Below the pieces are notes generated by a model that had not been told where the DNA came from, ran no database searches, and was given only the letters and a program-made list of their open reading frames with translations. Position numbers and translations under genes: made by a program. From the sequence record SRR20825010_6182: a stretch of 64,000 nt of DNA, one strand, 5' to 3'. This document shows positions 42,251-53,179 of the stretch, in pieces (the stretch's first letter is position 1; the number at the start of each line of letters is the position of its first letter).

Positions 42251-45200
42251 ATGAAAAAAATGTTTAAAGCCCTAAAAAAGGGAATTTGTCCGCTCTTTGC
42301 CTTGGCATTTGTATGTGTCGCCCCTAAGGTAAAAGCTGAAGAATCTATTATGTTGTTGAATTATGGACATGTAGATTTAGAATTAAAGAATGACGCATTA
42401 TTTAATGAAAAGGAGATTGTTCAGGGATTTAGTGTTACCGGAACAATAAAGGATACAAATGGCACTCCATTGGCGGGTGCCAGTATTATTGAAAAAGGTA
42501 CGGTTAACGGAACCCAGGCCGATTTTGATGGTAATTTTGCTATAACGCTATCCTCAGAAAGCGCCATATTGGTTGTCTCCTATCTTGGGTATGCCGGTCA
42601 GGAGATTAATGTAAATGGAAAAACAAGTATTGACGTAGTATTGGAGGAAAGCTCTTCAAGCTTGGATGAGGTTGTTGTAATTGGTTATGGTTCATCTAAA
42701 AAGTCTGACCTTACCGGGGCGGTTGCCACCATAGGCGCTGAAAAGATCCAGGAAAGGATTTCTATTAATCCCTTGGATAACCTACAAGGTCAAGTGGCAG
42801 GGTTGGATATCTATAATAGTTCAGGTAGACCAGGCGGAGAGATGAGAGTTACCATTCGTGGTAAAGGATCATTAAACGCTACCAATGAACCATTGTATGT
42901 TATTGATGGTATAATAGGTGTGGACATAGCATTGGTCAACACTAATGATATTGAAAATATAACTGTACTCAAAGATGCCTCTGCCACAGCTATTTACGGA
43001 TCCCGAGGAGCAAATGGTGTTATTATCGTTACTACAAAGAAAGGTAAATCTGGCAGGATGACAGTTGATATTACCTCCAACCTTCAGGTATCAAGACTTG
43101 CCAACAAACCAGAAGTACTTAATAGTACCGAATATTGGAAAGACTTAAAAGTAAGACTTGATGAAGATCAGCGCGCTTTAGGTGCAGGTGATGGGTCATT
43201 TGTAGCTGATTACCCTGGTACATACCCGAGATTATTTACTGATGATGGAACTCGTTTTGGAGCGCCAAGATATGACACCAATTGGTTGGATGAATCAACT
43301 AGAACCGGTTTTTCCAAGCAGTATTTTGCGAACGTTAGGGGAGGGGGCGAAAATTATAACGTTTCCCTTTCGGCAGGTACTCAGGATGATGAAGGTGTCT
43401 TGTTAAACACCTATTTCAAGAAAAACACCATGCGGTTCAATGGCGACTTTCAAATTAATGACTGGCTGAAAATTGGAGGAGCATTGGCATACAGCGATAC
43501 GAAAACCAACATTGTTGATAACTGGAGAATCGGTGCCGATAATATTACTATGTCTACCTTATTTTACCTACCAATTTACCCAACAAGATATGAAGATGGA
43601 ACCTTGGTAAATGCCGATGATTTAAAAAATGATTCTGGCGGTTGGGATATATGGTATGGGGCCACCCCAAAAGATAGATTGAGTTCTTTGGACCAGATAT
43701 CTTTTAGAAGGCAAGTTACACGCAATATTTTTACCGAAATCGATTTCACGGATAATCTTAAATTAAGAACTTCCTATTCTTTACAAGATTATAATTTGGA
43801 AGGTAGAAGGTCTGTAGCCAGTCGCTTGGATACCTTTGTAAATAGAACTTCGGCTGCCTTGTCCAATGAAAATTCCAGTCAATCACTTTTGGAAAACACC
43901 TTGACATTTAACCCCGAACTAGATGACAACAATGTTTTAGGCGTAGTTTTGGGTACGGCTAGACAGGAAAATGAGCAATTTGGATCAAGTTTACTTGCTC
44001 AGGATTTTGATGAATTTTTTGGTTTTTACAATGTAGCCCAAGGAACTGCCGAACCTGTTGTAAACAGTTTTTTCAATAGGTACACTACAGATTCCTATTT
44101 TGGAAGAATAAACTACAGTTATAAAGATAGATATCTGCTAACAGCTACCGGGCGCTATGATGGATCTTCACGATTTGGGGAAAACAATAAGTATTCCTTT
44201 TTTCCTTCAGCAGCTTTAGCTTGGAAAATTTCCAATGAAGCTTTTCTGGAGGATTCAGAAGCAATTAGTGACCTGAAGCTAAGAACAACCTATGGGTTTA
44301 CGGGTAATGATGGTATAGGCAATTATGCCCGGATTGCCAGCCCTGGAGTTCAGAATGTTGTGTTTAACAATGAAAGGGTAATTGGAACTTCTCAAGGGTC
44401 TATTGGAAATGAAAATCTTAAATGGGAAAAGACGGAAGAAGTAAACGTTGGATTGGATTTTGGACTTTTCAATAGAATCAATCTTACTGCCGATTATTAT
44501 TCTAGAACAACCAAGGATCTACTTTTCAATGTACCTATAGCTCAGTTTACAGGGTATTCCTCAATACTTTCAAACGCGGGATCTATAAAGAATAGCGGTA
44601 TCGAATTGCTTTTTAGCAGCACCAACATTAGAACTGATAATTTTTCTTGGAGAAGTTCAATCAACTTTACAAAAAACGTAAATGAAATCCTATCACTGGG
44701 AACTGAGGATAACGATATTTTCACAGCGCCAATATGGTGGAATCAGCAAGTTTTTCGTGTTGGAGAAGCTGCCGGTTCATTTTGGGGTTATAATCGTTTA
44801 GGTACTTGGGGTACGAATGAAGTGGCTGAAGCCGCAGCGTATGGAAGAATCCCCGGCGATATAAAGTTAGAGGACAAGAATAACGATGGTTTGTTAAATT
44901 TTGAGGATCAACAGATTATTGGCAGTGGACTTCCGGATTACACAATGAACATTGGAAATACCTTTTCTTATAAGAATTGGGATTTGAGTGTCGACATTCG
45001 CATTAGTCAAGGCAATGATATCTTGGATCACTCCATAATACTTTTTGTAGACCGTATGGGGTACGGTAACACTTATAAAAAGTTTTTTGATCAAGCCTGG
45101 ACTCCAGATAATCAAAACACCATGTATCCAAGGGTCAGGAAAAACATTACCAAATTTGATGGAGCGGACTCAGGCCAGGTTTTTGATGGTAGTTTTATTA

Positions 45201-45430
45201 GAGGACAAAATTTAAGTCTCTCCTACAATTTTGATTCTTCTGTACTGGATGTCCTTAATTTAAAGGGCGCTAGAATCTATTTTAACCTGCAAAACTTTTT
45301 CATAATCACTGATTATCATGGTTATGATCCCGAAGTAAGTTCCTTTGGCGGTCAGTTTACCGAGGGTATTGAGTTAAATGGTTACCCGAAAGCATTAACC
45401 ATGAATATGGGAATTAACATAACCTTATAA
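42251..45430 (+). CDS. susC: SusC/RagA TonB-dependent transporter
   Basis: GTQADFDGNF, VVIGYG, LKDASATAIYGSRGANGVIIVTTKKG, LKWEKT, GYDPE. Confidence 0.96.
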   Translation: MKKMFKALKKGICPLFALAFVCVAPKVKAEESIMLLNYGHVDLELKNDALFNEKEIVQGFSVTGTIKDTNGTPLAGASIIEKGTVNGTQADFDGNFAITLSSESAILVVSYLGYAGQEINVNGKTSIDVVLEESSSSLDEVVVIGYGSSKKSDLTGAVATIGAEKIQERISINPLDNLQGQVAGLDIYNSSGRPGGEMRVTIRGKGSLNATNEPLYVIDGIIGVDIALVNTNDIENITVLKDASATAIYGSRGANGVIIVTTKKGKSGRMTVDITSNLQVSRLANKPEVLNSTEYWKDLKVRLDEDQRALGAGDGSFVADYPGTYPRLFTDDGTRFGAPRYDTNWLDESTRTGFSKQYFANVRGGGENYNVSLSAGTQDDEGVLLNTYFKKNTMRFNGDFQINDWLKIGGALAYSDTKTNIVDNWRIGADNITMSTLFYLPIYPTRYEDGTLVNADDLKNDSGGWDIWYGATPKDRLSSLDQISFRRQVTRNIFTEIDFTDNLKLRTSYSLQDYNLEGRRSVASRLDTFVNRTSAALSNENSSQSLLENTLTFNPELDDNNVLGVVLGTARQENEQFGSSLLAQDFDEFFGFYNVAQGTAEPVVNSFFNRYTTDSYFGRINYSYKDRYLLTATGRYDGSSRFGENNKYSFFPSAALAWKISNEAFLEDSEAISDLKLRTTYGFTGNDGIGNYARIASPGVQNVVFNNERVIGTSQGSIGNENLKWEKTEEVNVGLDFGLFNRINLTADYYSRTTKDLLFNVPIAQFTGYSSILSNAGSIKNSGIELLFSSTNIRTDNFSWRSSINFTKNVNEILSLGTEDNDIFTAPIWWNQQVFRVGEAAGSFWGYNRLGTWGTNEVAEAAAYGRIPGDIKLEDKNNDGLLNFEDQQIIGSGLPDYTMNIGNTFSYKNWDLSVDIRISQGNDILDHSIILFVDRMGYGNTYKKFFDQAWTPDNQNTMYPRVRKNITKFDGADSGQVFDGSFIRGQNLSLSYNFDSSVLDVLNLKGARIYFNLQNFFIITDYHGYDPEVSSFGGQFTEGIELNGYPKALTMNMGINITL

Positions 45431-45444
45431 ATAATTTAAAAGTC

Positions 45445-46917
45445 ATGATAAAATATAAAATATTATTAATTGTTTGTTGCCTATTTTTCTCTTGTGAAGA
45501 TTTCTTGGACGAGGTCCCAAGATCTCAAAAAACAACTGTAGGAACATCATTAGTTGACGCTGAACAGTCCGTCAATGGAATATATGCCTTTTTACGAGCA
45601 CCCTATAATAAATCGGGATATGCAAAGATGGTATTCTCCATTTTAGAGGTTAGTACAGGGGCTATGAAACCAGCTATTGGCACCCAAGATACTGATATGG
45701 AGGACGCCTATAAATTGATATATAGTTCAAGTAATTCCAGCGCATCATCATTCTGGAGTACATACTATTCTGGAATAGAGGCTGCAAATATTGCTATTGC
45801 TTCCATTCCGGCAATCACAGATACTGAATTGACGCCAGCAATTTCCAAGGCTTTATTGGGAGAAGCCCATTTTTTAAGAGCATATTACTATTTTGAACTC
45901 GTTCAATTATTCGGAGATATCCCGCTAAATATTGTCCCTTCAACCTCATTGGAAGATGGAACCTTGCCAAAATCAAGCGTACAGGAAGTTTACGAAACCG
46001 TAATACTTCCGGATTTACTATTTGCTGAAAGCGCTGGTTTGCCCAACACTTCTACTAGTGGGAGAGTTACCAATGGTGCAGTGAAATCCTTGCTGGCCAA
46101 GGTATATTTAACCATGGCCGGAAACCCTCTAAATCAAACAGACAAATATGCACTTGCGCGGGACAAGGCCTCTGAGGTAATTACCGCGGATTGGTATAAT
46201 TTGTTCGAATCCGATGGTTCATTGACCTGGTTTGATAAATTAAACAATCCAGCTTTTGATAATACTGGTGAAAATATATTCATGGTGCAATATGAAGGAG
46301 GATCAATTGCATCTTCTATTTCTACATATTTCACCCCTTTGGGTGGCGAGGATATTACCAATCAGAGCTTACATTTTGGAGGTATGGAGCCAGAGGTTGA
46401 TTATATCAATACTTATGATGGAGCAGATTTGAGAGGACAAAACCAAGGATTCTTTTTCAATGAGTTTGACGGAGTTACTTTTAATAATTCTGTATACAAA
46501 TATTTTTATCAAGAATTTAGAAATTCAAATGGATTGTCCAGTAAAAATGTTCCATTGCTAAGATATGCGGACGTATTATTGACGTATGCGGAGGCCCAAA
46601 ACGAGACGACTTCAGCTGATGCATCAGCTTATGATGCATTAAATTCAATCCGACTCAGAGCGGGTTTGGCTGAGGTCTCTGGTCTAAGTAAAGAAGCGTT
46701 TAGGGAAGAAGTTTGGAAACAACGTTTTTGGGAATTCCCAGCAGAAGCTGGGTTAATATGGTTTGATCAAAGAAGGACGGGCAAGGTTTTTAATGGTGGC
46801 GGTTTTACGGATCTAGTGGGGAGCACTTTACCTAACGGCAGTACCTTAACCGCAGATAACCTGTATTTTCCAATACCTCAAAACGAAGTAGTTCTTAATC
46901 CAAATTTAGGGGATTAG
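45445..46917 (+). CDS. susD: SusD/RagB family lipoprotein
   Basis: Lipobox FFSC; GEAHFLRAYYYF, RYADVLLTYAEA, FPIP..NPNL. Confidence 0.95.
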   Translation: MIKYKILLIVCCLFFSCEDFLDEVPRSQKTTVGTSLVDAEQSVNGIYAFLRAPYNKSGYAKMVFSILEVSTGAMKPAIGTQDTDMEDAYKLIYSSSNSSASSFWSTYYSGIEAANIAIASIPAITDTELTPAISKALLGEAHFLRAYYYFELVQLFGDIPLNIVPSTSLEDGTLPKSSVQEVYETVILPDLLFAESAGLPNTSTSGRVTNGAVKSLLAKVYLTMAGNPLNQTDKYALARDKASEVITADWYNLFESDGSLTWFDKLNNPAFDNTGENIFMVQYEGGSIASSISTYFTPLGGEDITNQSLHFGGMEPEVDYINTYDGADLRGQNQGFFFNEFDGVTFNNSVYKYFYQEFRNSNGLSSKNVPLLRYADVLLTYAEAQNETTSADASAYDALNSIRLRAGLAEVSGLSKEAFREEVWKQRFWEFPAEAGLIWFDQRRTGKVFNGGGFTDLVGSTLPNGSTLTADNLYFPIPQNEVVLNPNLGD

Positions 46918-46970
46918 AGCCATTTTGTAGTTAACAGTTTTATTGTGAGTTAGTTGAGTTAGTTTTATAG

Positions 46971-47006
46971 AACAAGGGTGGTTATTACAACGGCCACCCT
47001 TGTTTG
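46971..47006 (+). terminator. Stem-loop/terminator after susD
   Basis: AACAAGGGTGGTT...GGCCACCCTTGTT inverted repeat. Confidence 0.7.
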
Positions 47007-47179
47007 CTTAAATTACATAAAGGAATCACAGTGAATACCTTAGTGTTGTGGATATTTGAAAATAATCAAATAAGAAACTAAAGTTTAATATATTAAGAAG
47101 AAAGTCGAAAATTATTAAGGGTGTGAACGCATGTTTTTTGTGCGCTACCTGTTAGTCTAATTAAAATCAATTATCGAAA

Positions 47180-50053
47180 ATGAAAAAATATTTGCAATTA
47201 TTTGTGTTTTGTTTGGTAGCTGGTTATTCCTTTGTGCTCTCAGCCCAGGGTCAACAGACCGTGGCCATAAAATATGTAAAGCCATATGAGTATGTGACAT
47301 CAGATAATAACCTAATGGCCAAAGCATATCTATCCGGTGACAACACCAATTTCTATAGGACTATAGCTTTTGAAAGCGGACAGACCGTGAAAGTTGAACA
47401 AAAAGATGATAAGGCTTGGGTCTGGCTACCGGTAATAGGGGAGCCCGAAATGATAGAAATCACGGCCAGTAATAGGAAAATGAACCAGGAGCAACTCTTT
47501 ACCCCATTAGTAACCTCGGACTGGGGATATTTCAGCGAGGGTACATTCCATATAATTTCATCTTCCCATCAAGATATAGCCTGGATGGATACCCCGGAAT
47601 ATTGTATGCACGAAAGGGTTAACGAGATTATTGCCCCCGCGTTGGATATAATGAAATCTGACAAGGATTACTATTTCGGAATGGAACAGGCCTTAAATTT
47701 AAAGGAATTCGTGGAAGCACATCCAGAGAGAAAGGATGAGGTTATAGAACGTTACAAGGAAGGCAGGTTTACCTGGGGAGCAACATACAACCAGCCATAT
47801 GAAGGTATGCAGATGGGCGAGCAATTGATTAGGGAAATGTATTTTGGCAAGCTCTGGATCAAAGAGAATTTTGATGGGGTTTTGGAAGAGACTGCTTTTA
47901 ATACTGATGTACCTGGGAGAACATTGCAATTTCCCCAAATTTTGGCAAAATCAGGTGTAGAAAACCTTTTTGTGTCCAGAATGAGGGAAGGTTTTTATGA
48001 TTGGCATTCACCGGATGGTTCTTCAGTACTTACCTACACCCCAGGTAATTATGGTTGGGCCGCCATGTTTTATAAGCTATTTGAGGAAGATGCTATCGAG
48101 GCCCTGCACAAAATCCAAAATAGGGTTAAAATGTGGAGCGATTATTATAAGAAACACAATTTGCCCCCGCATTTTGCAATAGTATTAAGCAACGACGCTT
48201 CTGGTCCCGTGGATTATGGACATGTAGTGAAGGAATGGAATGAAATTGTGGCCAAGACAGGGGCCAATATACCTAGTTTAAGACATTCTACGGTAACCAG
48301 CTTCCTTTCAGAAATTAAACAACCGGGAGCCAAGTTTGAGGACCTACAGGGAGATCGCCCTAATATTTGGGCATATATACACGGCCCAGGGCATCACAAG
48401 GCTATAACAGCTTCTAGAAAGGCGGGTAGGATTCTACCTTCAGCGGAAATTTTTGGCACTGTGGATGCGTTGCTAAACAAAAGTTTTGATCAATATCCAA
48501 CATCACGATTATCAAAAGCGTTCGAAGAATCAATATATCCAGACCATGGATGGGGAGGAAAAAACGGTCACATTACCGATAGCATTTTTAAGGATAAATT
48601 GGAGTTTGCGGCCGATGAGGCCGATAAACTGTTACAAGCATCTCTAAATTCCATTTCTGAAAAAATCAAAACAGAAAAATCCAATGGGATCGTGGTGTAC
48701 AACGATCTTTCTTGGAAGCGAAGTGGATTGGCTTCAGCAAAAATAGACAATGCAAATGCATATTATGTTATAGATGATAGGGGTAATGTGGTCCCTTCGC
48801 AAACAAGTACTGGGAATAGTAACGAAATACAATTCTACGCCTCGGATATTCCTTCACTTGGATATAAAACCTTTTATTTAAGAAAGGGTAAAAAAAGTTC
48901 TAAGGTAAATAAAGCGGTTGCACCTAATTCTTTGACGAACGACTATTATACCATGCACCTTGGCAATGGGGGAATTAGTTATTTGTTTGATCATAATTTG
49001 GGAGCTGAAATCATGAATACCACACGTTTTTCGGGCGGTGATATTTTATCAATGGGGTATAATGGAAATGGTGCTGGGGAATTTACCCAGATGACCGAAC
49101 CCAATATGGAAGATTATGACAAGATGAGCAACCATAATGGCAATTGGGAAATAGTGGCAGATGGTGCAGTGTACACTGAATATGAAAATAAGGCAAAATT
49201 TAAGCACATATCTACGGTAGCCCAGAGAATTCGGGTATTCCATCAGGAGAAAAAAATAGATTTCTTCATAGATTTTCATAACTGGGACGGTACACATAAC
49301 AGGGAGTTTAGGTTTGCAGTGCCCCTTAATATGGAGAATTCCAAGATTAAATATGAGGTGCCTTTAGCTATAGCTGAAGTAGGGAAAACCGAGATGAAGA
49401 ATGCCCCGGGAGGTTGGGCATGGGGCGGAACCTATGATCAAAAGCCCGTAACCATACATCCACGTGAAGTGATGAACTTTATCGCGGCCGAGAATGAAGA
49501 TTTTGCCGTAACCGTGGCTACCGATGTAGCTTTGGCCGATTGGATAGACCCTACAAGAGAAGCAGTAGATTATACCGTTCTACAAGGGATTTTGATGGCT
49601 TCACATAAAAGTTGTCATGGTGAGGGCAACTGGTATCATCAGACTGGAGACCATCATTTTAAGTTTTCTTTGGCATCTCACAAGAAAGATGAAAGTACCT
49701 CTTTCCAGTTTGGAACAGCTTCTAACCACCCCTTAAGAACGGTATTGAAGCCTAAATCCAACACCAAAGGAGATCTGGCTCAAGAAATGAGTTTTTTCAA
49801 TGTTTCGGACCCAATGGTTCGTATCAGCACTATTAAAAAGAGTGAGAAAAATAATGATGTAATCATGAGGTTGGTAGAAATGGAAGGGAAAGATAAGGAA
49901 CCTACAATAAAGTTGGCACTACCTTTCAAGGAGCTGATCAAAACCAATTTAATAGAAGAGGAACAAAGTAAATTGCCTTTATCAGGTAAAGATTTTAAGG
50001 TAAATGTAGGTCATAATGCCATAGATACATACAAACTAATTTTTTCCAAATAA
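47180..50053 (+). CDS. GH38-like enzyme
   Basis: Signal peptide; SHQDIAW, FNTDVPG, WHSPDGS, YPDHGWGG. Confidence 0.85.
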   Translation: MKKYLQLFVFCLVAGYSFVLSAQGQQTVAIKYVKPYEYVTSDNNLMAKAYLSGDNTNFYRTIAFESGQTVKVEQKDDKAWVWLPVIGEPEMIEITASNRKMNQEQLFTPLVTSDWGYFSEGTFHIISSSHQDIAWMDTPEYCMHERVNEIIAPALDIMKSDKDYYFGMEQALNLKEFVEAHPERKDEVIERYKEGRFTWGATYNQPYEGMQMGEQLIREMYFGKLWIKENFDGVLEETAFNTDVPGRTLQFPQILAKSGVENLFVSRMREGFYDWHSPDGSSVLTYTPGNYGWAAMFYKLFEEDAIEALHKIQNRVKMWSDYYKKHNLPPHFAIVLSNDASGPVDYGHVVKEWNEIVAKTGANIPSLRHSTVTSFLSEIKQPGAKFEDLQGDRPNIWAYIHGPGHHKAITASRKAGRILPSAEIFGTVDALLNKSFDQYPTSRLSKAFEESIYPDHGWGGKNGHITDSIFKDKLEFAADEADKLLQASLNSISEKIKTEKSNGIVVYNDLSWKRSGLASAKIDNANAYYVIDDRGNVVPSQTSTGNSNEIQFYASDIPSLGYKTFYLRKGKKSSKVNKAVAPNSLTNDYYTMHLGNGGISYLFDHNLGAEIMNTTRFSGGDILSMGYNGNGAGEFTQMTEPNMEDYDKMSNHNGNWEIVADGAVYTEYENKAKFKHISTVAQRIRVFHQEKKIDFFIDFHNWDGTHNREFRFAVPLNMENSKIKYEVPLAIAEVGKTEMKNAPGGWAWGGTYDQKPVTIHPREVMNFIAAENEDFAVTVATDVALADWIDPTREAVDYTVLQGILMASHKSCHGEGNWYHQTGDHHFKFSLASHKKDESTSFQFGTASNHPLRTVLKPKSNTKGDLAQEMSFFNVSDPMVRISTIKKSEKNNDVIMRLVEMEGKDKEPTIKLALPFKELIKTNLIEEEQSKLPLSGKDFKVNVGHNAIDTYKLIFSK

Positions 50054-50061
50054 TAATCATT

Positions 50062-50457
50062 ATGGGGCTTATTGAAAAGATTTCAAATGAAAAAGCAGGA
50101 TTCCATCCTGTTGTGGTAAAGGATTGTTGGCAGGTGATCAAGGTGAATTATTCCCAGCAAAATGAATTGGATAAAATAGATTCCCTTATCCGTAATGGAA
50201 ATAATGCTCTGGCCCTGTGCTTATTAAAAGGTAGGGCGGTATTGCTCATTCAGAATTCGGAAAAAAACGCAGTGTCATTAAAAGCTATAACCATGGTTAG
50301 GGGATCATCCTATGTTATCCCCGAAAATGTTGGCTATAATATAGCAATGGAAAAGGGTTGTCAACTATTTGCTGTGGAAAGTCCCTATAACCGTACTGAA
50401 AATGTGCGAAAAATACCTTTGACCAATGCGGAATTGGAGGTTATAAAAAAAATGTAA
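50062..50457 (+). CDS. Small cupin-like protein (degenerate paralog of 52739-53158)
   Basis: GFHPVVVKDCWQVIKVNY aligns with GYHPFIIKDGWQLAKLNY; IPENVGYNIAMEKG aligns with IPKGVWHNIAMEEG. Confidence 0.65.
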   Translation: MGLIEKISNEKAGFHPVVVKDCWQVIKVNYSQQNELDKIDSLIRNGNNALALCLLKGRAVLLIQNSEKNAVSLKAITMVRGSSYVIPENVGYNIAMEKGCQLFAVESPYNRTENVRKIPLTNAELEVIKKM

Positions 50458-50479
50458 ATAAAGAACTTAAAAATTAAGA

Positions 50480-51184
50480 ATGGAAACAATTGCACCCTTG
50501 TGGAAAAATGATGACGAGCTATTTAAAATAGCCAAAGAAGAACTATTCGTTGCCCTAGTAGGAGATATTTTGGATACCTTAGGTTACCAGCATCAATTTT
50601 TGCCGCCCAATATTAAACCACTAAACCCTGATTTTGTGCTAATTGGGAGGGCAATGCCCGTATTGGAAGCAGATGTATTTGAGGAATCAGCGCAAAATAC
50701 TAACAATCCGTTGATGAAAAAGCCCTTTGGAATCATGTTCGAAGCCTTGGACGACCTTAAAAAAAATGAGGTGTATATCTGTACGGGTTCATCACCAAGG
50801 TATGCCCTTTGGGGAGGCTTAATGAGTACCAGGGCAATGAAACTTATGGCTGCTGGAGCAGTAATGGATGGCTACTCTAGGGATACCAACGAAGTACTTA
50901 ATTTAAATTTTCCTACATTTTCTTTTGGTGGTTATGCTCAAGATCAGGGACCGCGAGGCAAGGTGATAGATTACCGTGTGCCCATTGAAATTAAGGGGAC
51001 AAGGATAAATCCAGGGGACATAATTTATGGTGACAGGGATGGGGTGTTGATTGTGCCAAAAGAAGTGGAAACCAAAGCATTTATGGGCGCTATTGAAAAA
51101 GCCAGAGGTGAGCAATTGGTTAAAAAGGCCTTGGAAAACGGAATGAGCACCGTTGATGCTTTTAATAAATTTGGAATTATGTAG
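50480..51184 (+). CDS. RraA-like / HMG-CHA aldolase family protein
   Basis: VGDILD, WGGLMS, DGYSRD, PGDIIYGDRDGVLIVP. Confidence 0.88.
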   Translation: METIAPLWKNDDELFKIAKEELFVALVGDILDTLGYQHQFLPPNIKPLNPDFVLIGRAMPVLEADVFEESAQNTNNPLMKKPFGIMFEALDDLKKNEVYICTGSSPRYALWGGLMSTRAMKLMAAGAVMDGYSRDTNEVLNLNFPTFSFGGYAQDQGPRGKVIDYRVPIEIKGTRINPGDIIYGDRDGVLIVPKEVETKAFMGAIEKARGEQLVKKALENGMSTVDAFNKFGIM

Positions 51185-51223
51185 CCGTGCCAAGATAGGG
51201 ATGCATTAATAGAAAAATAATTT

Positions 51224-52681
51224 ATGAAAACTAAAAAATCCAACTATTTGTTGGGAATAAGCTTCGTCTCAACCATTGGAGGTTTTCTCTTTGGTTACGA
51301 TACCGCAATTATATCGGGATGCAATACTTTTTTGGAACAGCATTTTAATTTGTCCGCTGCCGAGCTTGGTTGGTTGGTGTCGTCGGCATTGTTGGGAACC
51401 ATTTTAGGTTGTGTAGTTGCAGGGTCAATAACAGACAGATTAGGACGAAAAAAAGCTTTGATCATAGCGGCAATTTGCTTGACTATTTCGGCATTTGGCT
51501 CTATGTTGCCCCCACAGTTCATGGGTGATCTGGATCAAGCTTATTGGCTTACTGCCAACGAAAAACAAGCATATACATTTTTAATATTGGTCCGTATTGT
51601 TGGTGGGATAGGTGTGGGTGTCACCTCAGTAGTGGCTCCTATTTACATATCGGAACTTTCCTTGCCCCAAAACAGGGGTAGAATGGTGTCCTTATATCAA
51701 TTATCCATAACCTTGGGCATTCTTTTGGCTTTTTTAGTAGACTGGTTGGTCTTGACCAATGCAGGAAATGCCGCAGGAGTAATTTCCAATGAACCTTCTG
51801 GGTTTTGGCAGTGGCTTTTTGTGGATGAAATTTGGAGAGGCATGTTTGGAACGGAAATACCTATTGCCTTGTTGTTCTTGATTTTATTATTCCTAGTGCC
51901 AGAAACACCAAGATGGCTTATTTCAAAACAGCGATATAACGAGGCCGAAAAAATTATGGTAAAAATCAATGGAAAAGAGTACGCCCAAAAGCAAATGGCT
52001 GAAATAAAAGAGGTGGTTAAATTAGAAAGCGGGGGAATAAGTGAATTATTAAAGCCTTTTTTAAGAGTTCCGTTGTTAATAGGTGTATTACTTCCCATGT
52101 TTTCCCATTTGAGCGGGATAGCAGCCATTATGTATTTTGCTCCGAATATTATTAACGAATCCATACAGAGTGTGGAGAGCTCCTTTTTGGGGGCTGTATT
52201 GGTAGGTGTGGTCAATAGTGCGTTTACATTCGTCGCGATTATGAATATTGAAAAATTTGGACGAAGAAAGCTGTTACTTGTTGGAGTTGTTGGGGCGTGT
52301 ATTTCCCTAACGGGCGTGGGGATTTTGTTTGCATTAGGATCCCAATACGTAATTATTCCTTTATTGATGTATGTGGCTAGTTTCGCGTTTTCGTTCGGAC
52401 CCATCGTTTGGGTGATTATCAGTGAAATTTTCCCTACACGCATACGTGGGTTGGCAGTTTCCATAGGTAGCTTCGCTTTAATGGTTACCGGGTTTTTTAT
52501 CACCTTGACCAATCCTATATTAATAGAAGAAATTATGCCTTCGGGTACCTTCTTTGTTTATGCGGCTTTAACCTTACCGGCTATTTGGTTTATTTGGAAA
52601 TATGTACCCGAAACAAAAGGAAAGACCTTAGAGGAAATTGAAATGTATTGGCGACAGGACAAGAGCAATAATAGAATATAA
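51224..52681 (+). CDS. MFS sugar porter (XylE-like)
   Basis: GGFLFGYD, DRLGRK, PETPRWL, SEIFP, PETKGK. Confidence 0.94.
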   Translation: MKTKKSNYLLGISFVSTIGGFLFGYDTAIISGCNTFLEQHFNLSAAELGWLVSSALLGTILGCVVAGSITDRLGRKKALIIAAICLTISAFGSMLPPQFMGDLDQAYWLTANEKQAYTFLILVRIVGGIGVGVTSVVAPIYISELSLPQNRGRMVSLYQLSITLGILLAFLVDWLVLTNAGNAAGVISNEPSGFWQWLFVDEIWRGMFGTEIPIALLFLILLFLVPETPRWLISKQRYNEAEKIMVKINGKEYAQKQMAEIKEVVKLESGGISELLKPFLRVPLLIGVLLPMFSHLSGIAAIMYFAPNIINESIQSVESSFLGAVLVGVVNSAFTFVAIMNIEKFGRRKLLLVGVVGACISLTGVGILFALGSQYVIIPLLMYVASFAFSFGPIVWVIISEIFPTRIRGLAVSIGSFALMVTGFFITLTNPILIEEIMPSGTFFVYAALTLPAIWFIWKYVPETKGKTLEEIEMYWRQDKSNNRI

Positions 52682-52738
52682 ATTAAAGACCTACGATTTT
52701 CTAAAAGAGGTCGTGTTGGGTTGTAGGTATTATAACAC

Positions 52739-53158
52739 ATGATTAAAGAATACAAGACAAAAGAAAAAGGATATCATCCATTTATTATAAAGGATGGGTG
52801 GCAATTGGCAAAATTGAATTATACGGAAGAGCAGCATATAGACAAGATCATCCAATTGGATGTACACTTGGAAACAGATGAAGTTTTTGTTGCCATTGCT
52901 GGGAAGGCGGTGCTAATAGCTGCCGAAATAGTCGATAAAGTACCGAAGTTTGAATTGGAACCAATGAAAATTAACCAAATCTATAATATCCCGAAAGGAG
53001 TCTGGCACAACATAGCCATGGAGGAAGGAAGCGAAGTCTTAATCGCAGAAAAATCAAATACCCATATTTCAGATTTTGAACATTTTGCCCTTAATGATCT
53101 TCAGAAAAAGGAATTGGGAATTATGGTCAAGGGGGAATTGGAATCGCTAAAAATCTAA
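52739..53158 (+). CDS. Small cupin-fold protein
   Basis: HLETDEVF and IPKGVWHN cupin metal motifs. Confidence 0.7.
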   Translation: MIKEYKTKEKGYHPFIIKDGWQLAKLNYTEEQHIDKIIQLDVHLETDEVFVAIAGKAVLIAAEIVDKVPKFELEPMKINQIYNIPKGVWHNIAMEEGSEVLIAEKSNTHISDFEHFALNDLQKKELGIMVKGELESLKI

Positions 53159-53179
53159 TTGATTAGATAAGAATAAAAG

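Noticed and set aside
50480-51184. Calling this gene an RNase E regulator or menG methyltransferase
   Set aside because: These are common annotations for the family, but the aldolase-type GG and RD motifs and the catabolic context favour an aldolase.
51697-52512. 271-aa minus-strand ORF, and the other short antisense or alternative-frame ORFs in the track
   Set aside because: These overlap well-supported genes. Antisense frames of hydrophobic membrane-protein genes are often stop-poor.
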